Assembly (NCBI RefSeq): GCF_964204645.1
Contig: NC_134027.1
Coordinates: 23,398,560-23,462,559, forward strand
DNA length: 64,000 nt
Source: Tubulanus polymorphus
Taxonomy: Eukaryota; Animalia; Nemertea
Direction: 5' to 3'
The translations under genes and the position numbers were made by a program. Below are positions 1 to 22,995 of this stretch, piece after piece. The notes under the pieces are model-generated. The model ran no database searches. It saw nothing but the letters and a program-made list of their open reading frames with translations, and was not told where the DNA came from. Within the stretch, counting starts at the first letter, position 1. Each line of letters starts with the position of its first letter.

Positions 1-3000
1 TTAAGATTGAGGTAAAGGCGAAAAATGAATGCAATTGGTGGAGTACTGTAGATGCAAGCTATTGTCAGTTACCGATTTTTCAGTAGCTCAACAGAAGTTG
101 AAGATCGAGGAAGCATCCGGGTAAAGCCAGGGGCGAACTTCGGTCTTCGTATTTAGTCGTTGATTAGCGGTCGGAACTTTTAAAATCGATCGCGCTACGC
201 GGTTCGGTATAATTGCATGTCACGGTGTGTGTCGGCCATCTTGGAACTCGGTCCTGACATTCCGATTCACTTAGTTCGCAAATAGTCGACTAACTCCGAT
301 AACTGATGTTCGCCCAGGTGTAGGTTGACCAACCAGTCGACGAGTCGCACATGTGCGTTCCCAGTCCTAACATACGCTGTTCAAAGACTCTTGTCGCACA
401 CTGTCGCTGAGAAGATCTCAGTTGCAACCTGACGCAAGTCGACCTACGCGCACGACTCCTTTTTCGGCAGAGTGATCTTGGAATTTTCTACCCAAGACTT
501 TTTGTTTAGAAAATGATGAAATTAGTGAATATATTTCATTACTTTTAATCTAAACCATGAAAGTGCTCAGAATGCATCTAATTTTTCAAAATGTTCTGGA
601 GGAGCAAACACCCAGTCCCCGCCCCATATGTTAGTGGCCCGAGTAAGTAGTGCGCGCCCCCTTTTCCCAATAGCTAGATCCGTCCCTGATATACGGACCC
701 CTGACCTGTTTTTTCTAGGGCGGTGTATATAAAGCAAAGGCGTATCATGCATCTGCAAGTACTTTTCTACCAATAAATCATTCTCCTTTAATATTGTGAA
801 TGAACTAATGACCCATCCTAATGAAAGGTGTTTCTTTTTTCATTCAACGTCGCCCGGATGTTCATCAGTCTGGAGCAATAAAAATCATATTCTCATTCAA
901 CAACGAAGACCCAATCGATATCGGCAATGCTAGATACCACGGGTCTAACCGAGGTGTACGTACTCTGTATTTACTGGATGAACCTGAACCGACCGTCAAG
1001 CCAGGACCTGACGTCAAAATCTACGACTTGCGGCCACGTAAGGTACAATAAGTAATATAGTTCACTATGAGTTCGATTCTGAATTTATTCATGTTCAATT
1101 ACGTCAAATTAACCATTGATGAAACACACTGTGCGTGTAGCAATGTAATCCTACAATTAGAAAAAGACTGGATATATCGGCTATAAATGCGTTCACTTTT
1201 CGCCCGTCGTCCGTAGACGGGCTGCAGTTAATTTGGAAGGTTTTAAGGACGCTTCAGTGGATTGTCTTGACATTTGGATACGAATAAAGCCCCTAGACAC
1301 ATCTTCAGCCTAACAAAACCTTGCCCGGTTAAAATTAAGATTGCCGACTGGAGGCCATTTTTGTTCGCCGAAATCGCCATTTTAGCAGATTTTTTTTCAA
1401 GTTTTCAAGGAAAATTTTGAAATCAGTTCAATCACTTACATTGATCTTTTACTTGTGTTTGTATAATCTCAGGGTCCATTAGAATAAGACAATTTGGGTC
1501 GATCGAACACGAGATGGTCGTCTTGTGACTTTTTGTTACAAAAATGATCATTTTTGCTCTTAAATGCTCTTAGAGGCTTCCTAGTGGATTACCATTTATC
1601 ATTGAAATTCGTGATGGGTAATGAGCTCAAAAAATTTCTGACAGTTTTCGTGATCAGTCAATCCTCACGCAATCGGCGGCCATCGTGTCATCAGTCATCA
1701 ATTTCGTAGATAGAAAAAGGGTTTTTGAGAAAGGTATGAACAGGTTTCAACTTACGTCTAGATATTTGGTAAGTGTCATAGGATTCATCTCACATGGAAT
1801 TGGGGTAATCCTATTTTCTTATTCTCGCCACTAGGGGGAATTGAATATTGAATTATGAACTATTTGTGTCTGTATATTGGTAATTATGGATATTGTGTTA
1901 CTGCGATCATTGCTAAGTCATAGCTCATAACATTTTCTCTGATTTTGCTGAGTTTTCAAGGTCATTGGTTTTTGTATATGGTCACCAGGGGGCGTTGAAT
2001 AGCCGTATAACGTGGTGTTTTCATATTGTATTGGTGCCTAGGCATATTTTGTTACAACCAATTGCAAAGTTGTAGCTCATGAGATGGTATTAAATCGGGG
2101 TGAGTTTCAAGGTCAGAGTTTTTTTTTGTGGTAACCAGGTGTCGTTGGATAGCTGAATACCTTATTTCTCTCATATTGTATCGGTACCTAGGCATATTTT
2201 GCTACCACAATCAATTGCAAAATAGCTCGTGACATGCTCTATGATTGTGGTGAGTTTCAAGGTTATTACCCCCTTAACATATTCACTAGAAGGGGCGTTT
2301 GGCACTGAAATATTCTGATTGTTGAACATTTCAAACCACTTCCCATGTGGGCGTGGTTTCCTTGGGCTCCTAATTCATTCAGTGTGAGATTTTATAGATT
2401 CAAATTCAACCCACATAAGGAAAGTTGATCTAAATTGTATTTTTCTGTACGTCGTAGGTAGCCCTTACCTCCGCCAAGACTACTTATTATTGCTCGTTTG
2501 TTAAGATGCAGTTACCGGTTGGGCAGAAATTCCACGTAATAAAGGTAAAATCAGTTTTTTTATGAGCGAGGGGTTTATATAATTAGTAAACATAATAAAA
2601 TTAGCGGTGGGGCCGAGAAGCTAGAACGTTCGCCTCTGGGAATCCAGGTCGAGGGTTCGAACCCCGTACAGTAGTGTCCTCAGGCAAGACACTTATCCTC
2701 ATCGCCTCTCTCCACACAGGAGTAAATGGGTAAATGGCCTGATAGATGACTCCTGAGCGCTTATTAGCCGCTCACTGTTACTTCTCCGCAGGGAGAGATG
2801 ACTGATACATGTTAGAGTATAAAATGGCCGGGGTAATAATGCCAAAAAAGTTAGGCGCTCTGAGCAGCCTCGATTTAACGCTATTATTATTATTATTATT
2901 ATCATTATGACACATATTATCATTATTATTATTATCTTTATCATTTACCGAATCTTAGTGCCCTGCAAGTTTTTGAATACCATATCCGTCTCTGATGTTA

Positions 3001-4243
3001 TCTTATTTTCAATTTTGATTTCCAGTTGCGACACAATGTAGTTAAAGGCAACGAACTTATCGTTCACCACGTGCTTGTCTATAGATGTCGAGCGGGAATG
3101 TACAACGATTCCCTACTGAATGAACACGGTAAATGCAGTTCAATGATGAAGCATATACTTGCCTGTCGCGATATTCTCGCTGCTTTCGCTGTCGGTTCAC
3201 ATGTACGTATAAACGACCAAATAAGACTTACTTTTTACATTTTTGTTGGTGTTACAAAATAAACAAATAAACTATATTTGAATGTAGTTGCTTTTTGTAA
3301 TTGAATAAAATTCATAACTTTTGCTAAGTCAAAAACCCACACAATTTGAAGGCTTGAAATCGAATTTTGATTTTCAATCATTAGAATAAAAATACACGAC
3401 TCAGACTCTATCAGTCAAGCTATTCTACTTTCATGACTAACTTTCAATTCAATGAATATCCTTGTCTTTTGAATATTGTATTTTTGAGTGAATGTGCAAT
3501 ACCTCATTGATTAGTTGGGCTAGGCAGCTTGCCGGTCTCAATTCAATTCAAATTTGGATTTAGAATAACTTTATTGATCCAAAATTTATATTGTTAATCG
3601 TTAACGATATCCGTTGAATTGCGTATCAATATCTGATAAGGTTACGGGGGGAAAACTTGAACTTGTCACATTTCTAATTGAAGGAAACGTCACTTCCCGA
3701 AAACGTCGGCTTGCCGATTGGTGGTTCTGCTGATTCCATGTACTACATGTTCGAAACCCATTATGACAATCCGGAGAGAAGAACTGGTAAAATCGAATTT
3801 GACCTTTGTCATTTCATTGATATAAAGATTATCAAAAATAGTTCTAGAAGTGTGGATGTTTTTTATAAATATATATTTCCAGATATCGTCGATGATTCGA
3901 GCATTGAGATTACGTATACAAGTAAACTACGTCAACACGAAGCTGGAACGATATTCATGGGATCAAGCTTCTTGAGTCCTATAGCGATCGTTGTACCGCC
4001 TCGTCAGAAGAGATTTCTTGTTCGAGGAGTATGTTCAAATTCGTGTTTAAGTAAAGTAAGTGGGTGTTAGATGATAAATTTTAGCGAAATTCGACGTTTT
4101 TGGTTTGTTTTGGCGGGGGTGCCAAAACGGAATTACATTTCGGCGGGGGGGGGCAAAAACAAAAGTATATATATATATACATACATACATACATACATAC
4201 ATACATACATACATACATGCATGCATATATATATATATATATG

Positions 4244-4289
<46 letters not shown>

Positions 4290-7200
4290 GCGTTACAGAA
4301 ATTTGAATTGAAATTTTCTATCTGGTCAGCTGATATCAAGTGTTCCTGAGAGGGCAGCACAATACAACCATGAAACAAGTTATTAGCTGGAACAGAAATA
4401 CTGGCTACCACATGTCGAAGAACTTTTTCATTCGCACGTCTTTTGTTTTATATTTCAGGTTTTAGACAAGTACACGGACGAGAAAGAGATTCACATTTTT
4501 TCCATAATGGGACACGCCCATTTACTGGGAGCAGGCATACGCACTCGTCATTTCCGTGACGGATATGAGTTGCCATGGATGCTCAACGACATGACCTACG
4601 ACTTCAACTATCAAACATCACGACCGCTGAAAAAATACTTGACAATTAAATCGGTAATTATCGTTTTTTCAAAAAAAAGCCAATCATAATTTCGAGAATG
4701 AAGAGGTTTTCAGTGAGTGACCACATTCAGTAAAATGCAGTAATTCGATATAGTTAATGAAGAGATATGTTATATAAATACCAATAACTATTACATTTTT
4801 TTACGCGCTAAAAGTTTGCGATGTCATTTCTAGGCAATCAGATATCCCGTTCTATTTCATCAGTTCGGAATTTCCCATGTATGGTTCTTCCGTGATATTT
4901 GCCTCAGCGAGCTGATTTGTGCCGCAAGTTTTAGCGCGGTAAACCTGCGCATGTACCTGCGCACCCAGTCTAGTGTGGCAGGGTTTCGTGGCGTGGCTGA
5001 GTGTAGCGATGCCATCGGGTTCAAAGCCCTGCCGACGGATGATGTAGAAAATTAGATTTTTACTGTTTTTTGGTTTCTTTTATGAGCCATCACCTGAACT
5101 CCCCAAAAACGCGCAAAATAAATGTAATAGTTATTTTTGCTCGCTAAAATGTTGTTATTTTCACGGTAAGTTTCGTTTTTGCGCGTTTTCGTGAAGGATG
5201 AAAATATTACATGTCCAGATTCAGCCATCATCGGGCTCTGACATTCAGCAGAGTATAAATGCTTCAATAAATGCGATATATGTATTTTGTTGCACTGTAT
5301 TTTCAATTGCTTTCTTTCATTATGCGCTCAGACTGACACCGTTGTTACTGACTGCTACTATAATTCGGAAAATAGACAGAACGTTACATTCGTAAGTATC
5401 AAACGAAATGAAGTAATAATGATTAGTAATGATAATATATCAATGGAGTACCGAATAATATCAATGGCAGACGAGGATCGGTCAGGTTCATATCATATCA
5501 TATCATATCATATTTATTTTCTGAATAATTTACATCAATGTATAAAAGATATATAAGACTTACATTAAAAAAGTACTTTAAGTGATTTATTGTTTTGCAT
5601 GGATGCATACATATTGCATATATGATTACCGCGCTACAATTTCTTCTACATTTCAATTAAATTTGAATCAACTTTTCTCATTAGTAAATCGATTTCCAAT
5701 AGAACTGTACCATACACTTACTGGGAACGTCAATCTCATATCTTTGTGATGACTTGTTTGACAAATTGCAATAATTTGGGAACCAATACGCCCAGTTCAA
5801 AGTTAATTGAAAATGAACTAACTTTCACTATGTATAACTGAGTGTATTATTACGCCATCTGGTGTGTGCCGGTATCCCATAAGAATAGTCGATAGTAATG
5901 AGACCATTTGGAAAAGTATCAAGGTATATCGGCAACAGTTGCCGCTGTTAAGAGCTAAAATTTCATGTTTTTAAATTTTTTATATTCAAGTCAAACTCGA
6001 GGGTGGGGGTAAAGAAAATCACATATAACTTGTTATATTTTCAATGGTTACCGTTGTGAATTTCTTTTTATTCGATTCCAAAGGCTGGCAAAGGAACCGA
6101 GGAAGAAATGTGTTACTCAGTGTTCATGTACTACCCGAAAATACCGATGGCGACTTGCGAAAGTACCGCCGATACAACTACACCCGCCATGCAAAACATC
6201 AACTGGGCGATGAAAATGGGCCAGTAAGTGCATTGTCTTCGTTATTTCAGGAGCCGTATTTACACATGAAGACTGGTAGTAATTTTAGGTTAACTAGATG
6301 ATAGACGTGATCTAAATTTTACGTCGATATCAAGGTCACTGGTTACCTGGGCCACCTTCGGTTGATTTAGAAACCGAATGTCCGTTAGTCGGAACTGTAG
6401 TCCGGAAATGGTCGACCACGCAATTGAGCACGGTCGCTACAGTTCGGACCTAGGTTCAAGATGGCCGACACTGTGTAATACGTTACGACTGAACTATAGT
6501 GTGTTCGGTTATTAGTTCCGACCACTAGTCGACTAGCTACGAAAACCGAAGTTGGCCCAGCAGAATGTTCAAACTTCGTGTACCAAACATTTTCTTGTAG
6601 TTTTATGGGTCTTTGTTCATTAGAAATGCATATAAATTGACTTTGAAATTAAAGTCAATGTATAAACAAAGATTTATTGCCCATGAAGAATTCATCGTCA
6701 ATAGAAATAGTCCTCGGTTAAAGGGTTTTAAGTCAAACAGAAGTTCCATGCGTAAATTCCGCGTATCTTAAGTACCGTCATCGAAAGTCTCTACTTTTAT
6801 TTACCAAGCCGAGAAGAAAATTTGATAACTACTTCCCCTTCTTTTTTAGAGGCACCACTTATCTGAAATCATACAAGATATAGAATACAGTTTGATATAT
6901 ATTTGAGTTATATTTATGAGATGATATGCAGATTTTCATTTTCTATTCATTATCTCACAATTTTTAGCGTAAACTGGATGAATTCGACAGAGGTTACCGC
7001 GAAAATGAAGAAACTGTACGAATCGAAGGATACATGGGCCGATCAGTCCGCTATAGATGACTTCCAGAAACGACTCCTTGATACCGATTATTACCCATTC
7101 TGTCGCGCTGAAGGTTCATTTCTAGTACGTTTCAAATCGATTTCTTAAATTGAACCTCAAATGGTATAGATCAGATTCTTTGAGTCCCCTCTGTCTTCTA

Positions 7201-7604
7201 TGGTATTTTCTATACTAATGGTTGCCCCATGAGCTCCAACTGGAATCAACCAAACTCTCGCATGTGACGATGTCCATACATAAAACAAAATCAAGGGATT
7301 TGAAAACGTTGAAGATCTGCTTGTATACAATATATTGTGTGACAACAAATATATGACGCAGCACGTGGAAAAAGCACGTGGCTACAAGATCGAAAATAGA
7401 TTGCATGTATTGATACATGAATCAAATGTATTTTTTCTTTTTCAGGCCAGTCCGTTTGAAAAGTTCAAATTTGAAATGAAACAGAAATACGAGCCGTTGC
7501 GACGAGACACTTGTGGGACGATGGTCTCTCCCGCTACCCGAATTCATGCTTCGTTCACTGCTGTTATTCTGATGTCCGTCCTAACCTTGATTCCACGTGC
7601 CTGA
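1..7604 (+). CDS. MOXD1: DBH/MOXD1-like copper type II monooxygenase, copy A (5' part outside window)
   Basis: Exons <1-11, 869-1042, 2458-2544, 3026-3202, 3684-3786, 3883-4055, 4459-4653, 5332-5391, 6084-6223, 6968-7124, 7446-7604; all GT-AG and in frame. CuH motifs HHVLVYRC and ETHYDNP; CuM motifs GHAHLLG and EEMC; YDFNYQ; hydrophobic C-terminal tail. The symbol is a family-level call. Confidence 0.88.
127..318. mobile_element. MITE (CTGGGCGAACTTCGGT-type TIR) in MOXD intron 5; related copies about 13288-13478, 26487-26678, 6347-6560, 32265-32478 and fragments 16595-16830
   Basis: Terminal inverted repeats ggggcgaacttcggt / ctgatgttcgcccagg; shared internal GTCGGCCATCTT(G/T)GAACT motif across copies. 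Confidence 0.6.
1170..2400. mobile_element. Degenerate element with internal about 120-130 bp tandem subunits (Helentron/HINE-like), largely deleted in copies B and C
   Basis: Recurring GAGTTTCAAGGTCA, CACCAGGGGGCGTT and CCTAGGCATATTTTG motifs. Copies B and C jump from the equivalent of about 1098 to about 2190. The family label is inference. Confidence 0.4.
2603..2942 (+). mobile_element. tRNA-derived SINE with CORE-like domain and (ATT)n tail; copies about 14696-15046, about 27896-28246, and inverted partial 60654-60822
   Basis: A-box-like TGGGGCCGAGAAG; B-box GGTTCGAACCC; GTGTCCTCAGGCAAGACACTT resembling CORE; ATT-repeat tail; dispersed reverse-strand copy in NEK11 intron 1. Confidence 0.7.
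4166..4286. repeat. (TA)n/(TACA)n microsatellite
   Basis: Directly visible; source of the spurious YIYI ORFs. Confidence 0.95.
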
Positions 7605-7770
7605 AGATGTTTATATATACTCCCAGTTACATGAATATCGGCTATCTATCCATATACACCGTTCAGATCTACTAATTTTTGGTTATCACTACACCATGGA
7701 TAAATATTTAATAATTCACCAACGATATGTAATTCCTGACTTCGATAATTCGCCATGTTTTATAATGAAT

Positions 7771-8180
7771 TTACCCATGATGCAACGCGCACTCATCGTT
7801 TAACTATACTTTACAGAAAGGCTGGAAACGCTCCTATCTCCGTAATGCTTAAATCTACCCGCAATTATCGGGACCGCCGAACACTGCCGGCGATTGCCGA
7901 CGTACGTTCCGAAGTGTCAATTTTAATTCTGAAATATAAGGAGTGCCATAATTTCAATTGTAGATGATGTTTTGGAAACATTGACACTGTTTTAGCTCTG
8001 TTAAAGATTTTAACCGGCAAGAAAATTGATTTTTGAAAATTCGCGATGCCTCTTCGGGATTGCTGTAACGTCATCTGTCCCGATATTTGCGGGTAGGTTT
8101 AAGCATTACGGAGATAGGAGCGTTTCCAGCCTTTCTGTATAGTATACTTAGACGAGGGGTGCGCATTGGATCACGGGTAA
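7771..8180. mobile_element. Foldback MITE with about 100-bp TIRs in the 3' UTR region of copy A (copy B about 20967-21376)
   Basis: ttacccatgatgcaacgcgc..cagaaaggctggaaacgctcctatctccgtaatgcttaaa matches the reverse complement at about 8077-8180. Confidence 0.8.
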
Positions 8181-8641
8181 AACATTTGCATCATGGATGA
8201 TTAAGATGGCAACCCGGGTGGTATTTTAATCGCAGATTACGGTAAATTTAATCATTTTTACCGCACCATCCAGGTCACGGTAAATTTAATCATTTTTACC
8301 GCACCATCAAGGTCAAAGCCAATATTCAAGTGCGTGTTTAATAATCACTAACAGTTTACAGTTTGTAAATAGTTTGTAAATGTGAAAGTTATTAATTGTA
8401 TTTATTTATTTATTTATTACTCACCACAGTTTTACGAACCAATCCTATTTGCTCACTCGAACTTCATATTTTCTTGTATTCGTACCTAATATATTTGTGT
8501 TTGTTTTGAATGTGTGCCACTTCAGGCCTATAACGTATTTTTTCTATATTAGGTTTTTCTAGTTATGAATATATGCATGTACTGACTTGCATAAATTGTG
8601 TGTATTTATTTATATTTTAACTTCGTAACGATGTTTACGCA

Positions 8642-8647
8642 AATAAA
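8642..8647 (+). terminator. Candidate polyadenylation signal AATAAA of copy A (equivalents about 21836 and about 33804)
   Basis: AATAAA followed by T/GT-rich sequence, conserved in all three copies, about 95 bp before the duplication junction. Confidence 0.4.
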
Positions 8648-9806
8648 GCAAAGTAATCAAACCGAACCTGTCTTTGTCTTCAGAATACACTAAAAATCAA
8701 TGTTCCTTTAAGTTGCATTCGTTTCAACGTCGGCCAGCTCGGTGTGCACACTACACTACTACATATATACAGTCGTCATATCGCTGGTGTCCTCATCTTA
8801 CATTTCGACGTGTCTTCAAACGACGGCTAGTCCCGTGGAAAAGAATATCTAAAAGAGCTGCCGAAATAATTCTTATTATGGGAATGATATTAAAAAGGCG
8901 TATGTTCAATGGAAAGGTTCGATCCCCAATTAACTATCGTATTGTAGATTTTGGAAGCTATGAGTTCGAACACTTTCGATGTAGAAAGCAATGTCTCGAA
9001 AGCAATCTGCAGGGAATCGGCAATGCTACTACTGTGGCAATCGAGTATCCGCCAGGTGCGCTAACGGCTCATCTTTCGTTCCTCCAAAGGATTATAAAAC
9101 TAAAATAGTCAAAATAAGATATTTCAAATTACTTCAATTTTTTTTTCTTAAATAAATGAATGAGATTGATTTCAGGGAACATAAGATACAATACTTTGGG
9201 CACTTTCTGTGTGGAATTTATCTAATCAGGAACCTTGATGTATTAAAAAGTCCAACTTTAGATCTGGCTAAATTCAACCATCAAGTTTGGAGAAATAGAA
9301 AAACAATTTATCAGTCACCAGTATACGGAAATGTCCCGGAGTTTTTCAATTGAGAGTAATTTTTCGAGGTTTGTTCCGAATAAGTAACTAGGAATAAACT
9401 TCAATTAGTGAGGAAACTAATTTATTCTGACTTTCCTTCGGAATAAACAAATTTTCATTTTTATTTTCCCGGAACTCTTTTGTTAGTACAGATCGGTTGG
9501 AATAGAACCATAACTGGTTCTCAGTAAATACAGTTCATAAGCTATACCGAGAAAGTGGCTCAATTCATCAGCATTGTATGAAATTTGAATGGCTCAGTGA
9601 ATGTCGATAATCATCAGAGAAAGAATTTTTTAAAGAAGTTTAATAAATGGACCGACTCAATTGTCTGGCATTAAAGTGCAATAACTAGAAGTATAAATAA
9701 TTTCAGCTTTATCGAAATTAAATCGTTGACCTGTATTCCGAACCTGATTGGCTAAGTCACAAAATATAACCGATCTCGTCAAAGCTGTACAAACACTGTG
9801 GCGATC

Positions 9807-20782
<10,976 letters not shown>

Positions 20783-20865
20783 AGATGTTTATACTCCCAG
20801 TTACATGAATATCGGTTATCTATCCATATACACCGCTCAAATCTACTAATTTTTGGTAATCACTA

Positions 20866-21532
20866 CAGGCACTTGAATATCGGCTTCGATAATGGATAAA
20901 TATTTGATAATTCACCAACGATATGTAATTCCTGACTTCGATAATTCGCCATGTTTTATAATGAATTTACCCATGATGCAACGCGCACTCATCGTTTAAC
21001 TATACTTTACAGAAAGGCTGGAAACGCTCCTATCTCCGTAATGCTTAAATCTACCCGCAATTATCGGGACAGCCGAACACTGCCGGCGATTGCCGACGTA
21101 CGTTCCAAAGTGTCAATTTTAATTCTGAAATATAAGGAGCGCCATAATTTCAATTGTAGATGATGTTTTGGAAACATTGACACTGTTTTAGCTCTGTTAA
21201 AGATTTTAACCGGCAAGAAAATTGATTTTTGAAAATTCGCGATGCCTCTTCGGGATTGCTGTGACGTCATCTGTCCCGATATTTGCGGGTAGGTTTAAGC
21301 ATTACGGAGATAGGAGCGTTTCCAGCCTTTCTGTAAAGTATACTTAGACGAGGGGTGCGCATTGGATCACGGGTAAAACATTTGCATCATGGATGATTAA
21401 GATGGCAACCCGGGTGGTATTTTAATCGCAGATTACGGTAAATTTAATCATTTTTACCGCACCATCCAGGTCACGGTAAATTTAATCATTTTTACCGCAC
21501 CATCAAGGTCAAAGCCAATATTCAAGTGCGTG
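20866..21532. mobile_element. TIR element (outer) containing the foldback MITE, 3' UTR region of copy B; left TIR deleted in copy A; absent in copy C
   Basis: Left end CAGGCACTTGAATATCGGCTTCGA vs right-end reverse complement CACGCACTTGAATATTGGCTTTGA. TAATCACTA on both flanks; single TAATTACTA at the empty site in copy C (about 33512). Confidence 0.65.
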
Positions 21533-22995
21533 TTTAATAATCACTAACAGCTTACAGTTTGTAAATAGTTTGTAAATGTGAAAGTTATTAATTGTATTTA
21601 TTTATTTATTTATTACTCACCACAGTTTTACGAACCAATCCTATTTGCTCACTCGAACTTCATATTTTCTTGTATTCGTACCTAATATATTTGTGTTTGT
21701 TTTGAATGTGTGCCACTTCAGGCCTATAACGTATTTTTTCTATATTAGGTTTTTCTAGTTATGAATATATGCATGTACTGACTTGCATAAATTGTGTATT
21801 TATTCATGTTTTAACTTCGTAACGATGTTTACGCAAATAAAGCAAAGTAATCAAACCGAACCTGTCTTTGTCTTCAGAATACACTAAAAATCAATGTTCC
21901 TTTAAGTTGCATTCGTTTCAACATCGGCCAGCTCGGTGTGCACACTACACTACTACACATATACAGTCGTCATATCGCTGGTGTCCTCATCTTACATTTC
22001 GACGTGTCTTCAAATGACGGCTAGTCCCGTGGAAAAGAATATCTAAAATAGCTGCCGAAATAATTCTTATTATGATATTAAAAAGGCGTATGTTCAATGG
22101 AAAGGTTCGATCCCCAATTAACTATCGTATTGTAGATTTTGGAAGCTATGAGTTCGAACACTTTCGATGTAGAATGCAATGTCTCGAAAGCAATCTGCAG
22201 GGAATCGGCAATGCTACTACTGTGGCAATCGAGTATCCGCCAGGTGCGCTAACGGCTCATCTTTCGTTCCTCCAAAGGATTATAAAACTAAAATAGTCAA
22301 AATAAGATATTTCAAATTACTTTAATTTTTTTTTTCTTAAATAAATGAATGAGATTGATTTCAGGGAACATAAGATACAATACTTTGGGCACTTTCTGTG
22401 TGGATTTTATCTAATCAGGAACCTTGATGTATTAAAAAGTCCAACTTTAGATCTGGCTAAATTCATCCATCAAGTTTGGAGAAATAGAAAAACAATTTAT
22501 CAGTCACCAGTATACGGAAATGTCCCGGAGTTTTTCAATTGAGAGTAATTTTTCGAGGTTTGTTCCGAATAAGTAACTAGGAATAAACTTCAATTAGTGA
22601 GGAAACTAATTTATTCTGACTTTCCTTCGGAATAAACAAATTTTCATTTTTATTTTCCCGGAACTCTTTTGTTAGTACAGATCGGTTGGAATAGAACCAT
22701 AACTGGTTCTCAGTAAATACAGTTCATAAGCTATACCGAGAAAGTGGCTCAATTCATCAGCATTGTATGAAATTTGAATGGCTCAGTGAATGTCGATAAT
22801 CATCAGAGAAAGGATTTTTTAAAGAAGTTTAATAAATGGACCGACTCAACTGTCTGGCATTAAAGTGCAATAACTAGAAGTATAAATAGTTTCAGCTTTA
22901 TCGAAATTAAATCGTTGACCTGTATTCCGAACCTGATTGGCTAAGCCACAAAATATAACCGATCTCGTCAAAGCTGTACAAACACTGTGGCGATC

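Noticed and set aside
567-773. 68-aa minus-strand ORF conserved in all three units
   Set aside because: Conservation simply reflects the recent duplication; intronic, no recognisable domain.
2603-2670. Possible tRNA genes (also 37475-37545)
   Set aside because: A and B boxes present but no complete cloverleaf; the 2603 copy continues into a SINE body and tail and is dispersed.
8674-9353. Intergenic ORFs of 144 and 65 aa
   Set aside because: The 144-aa ORF has a non-ATG start, spans the duplication junction and is broken in the second unit; neither ORF has recognisable motifs.
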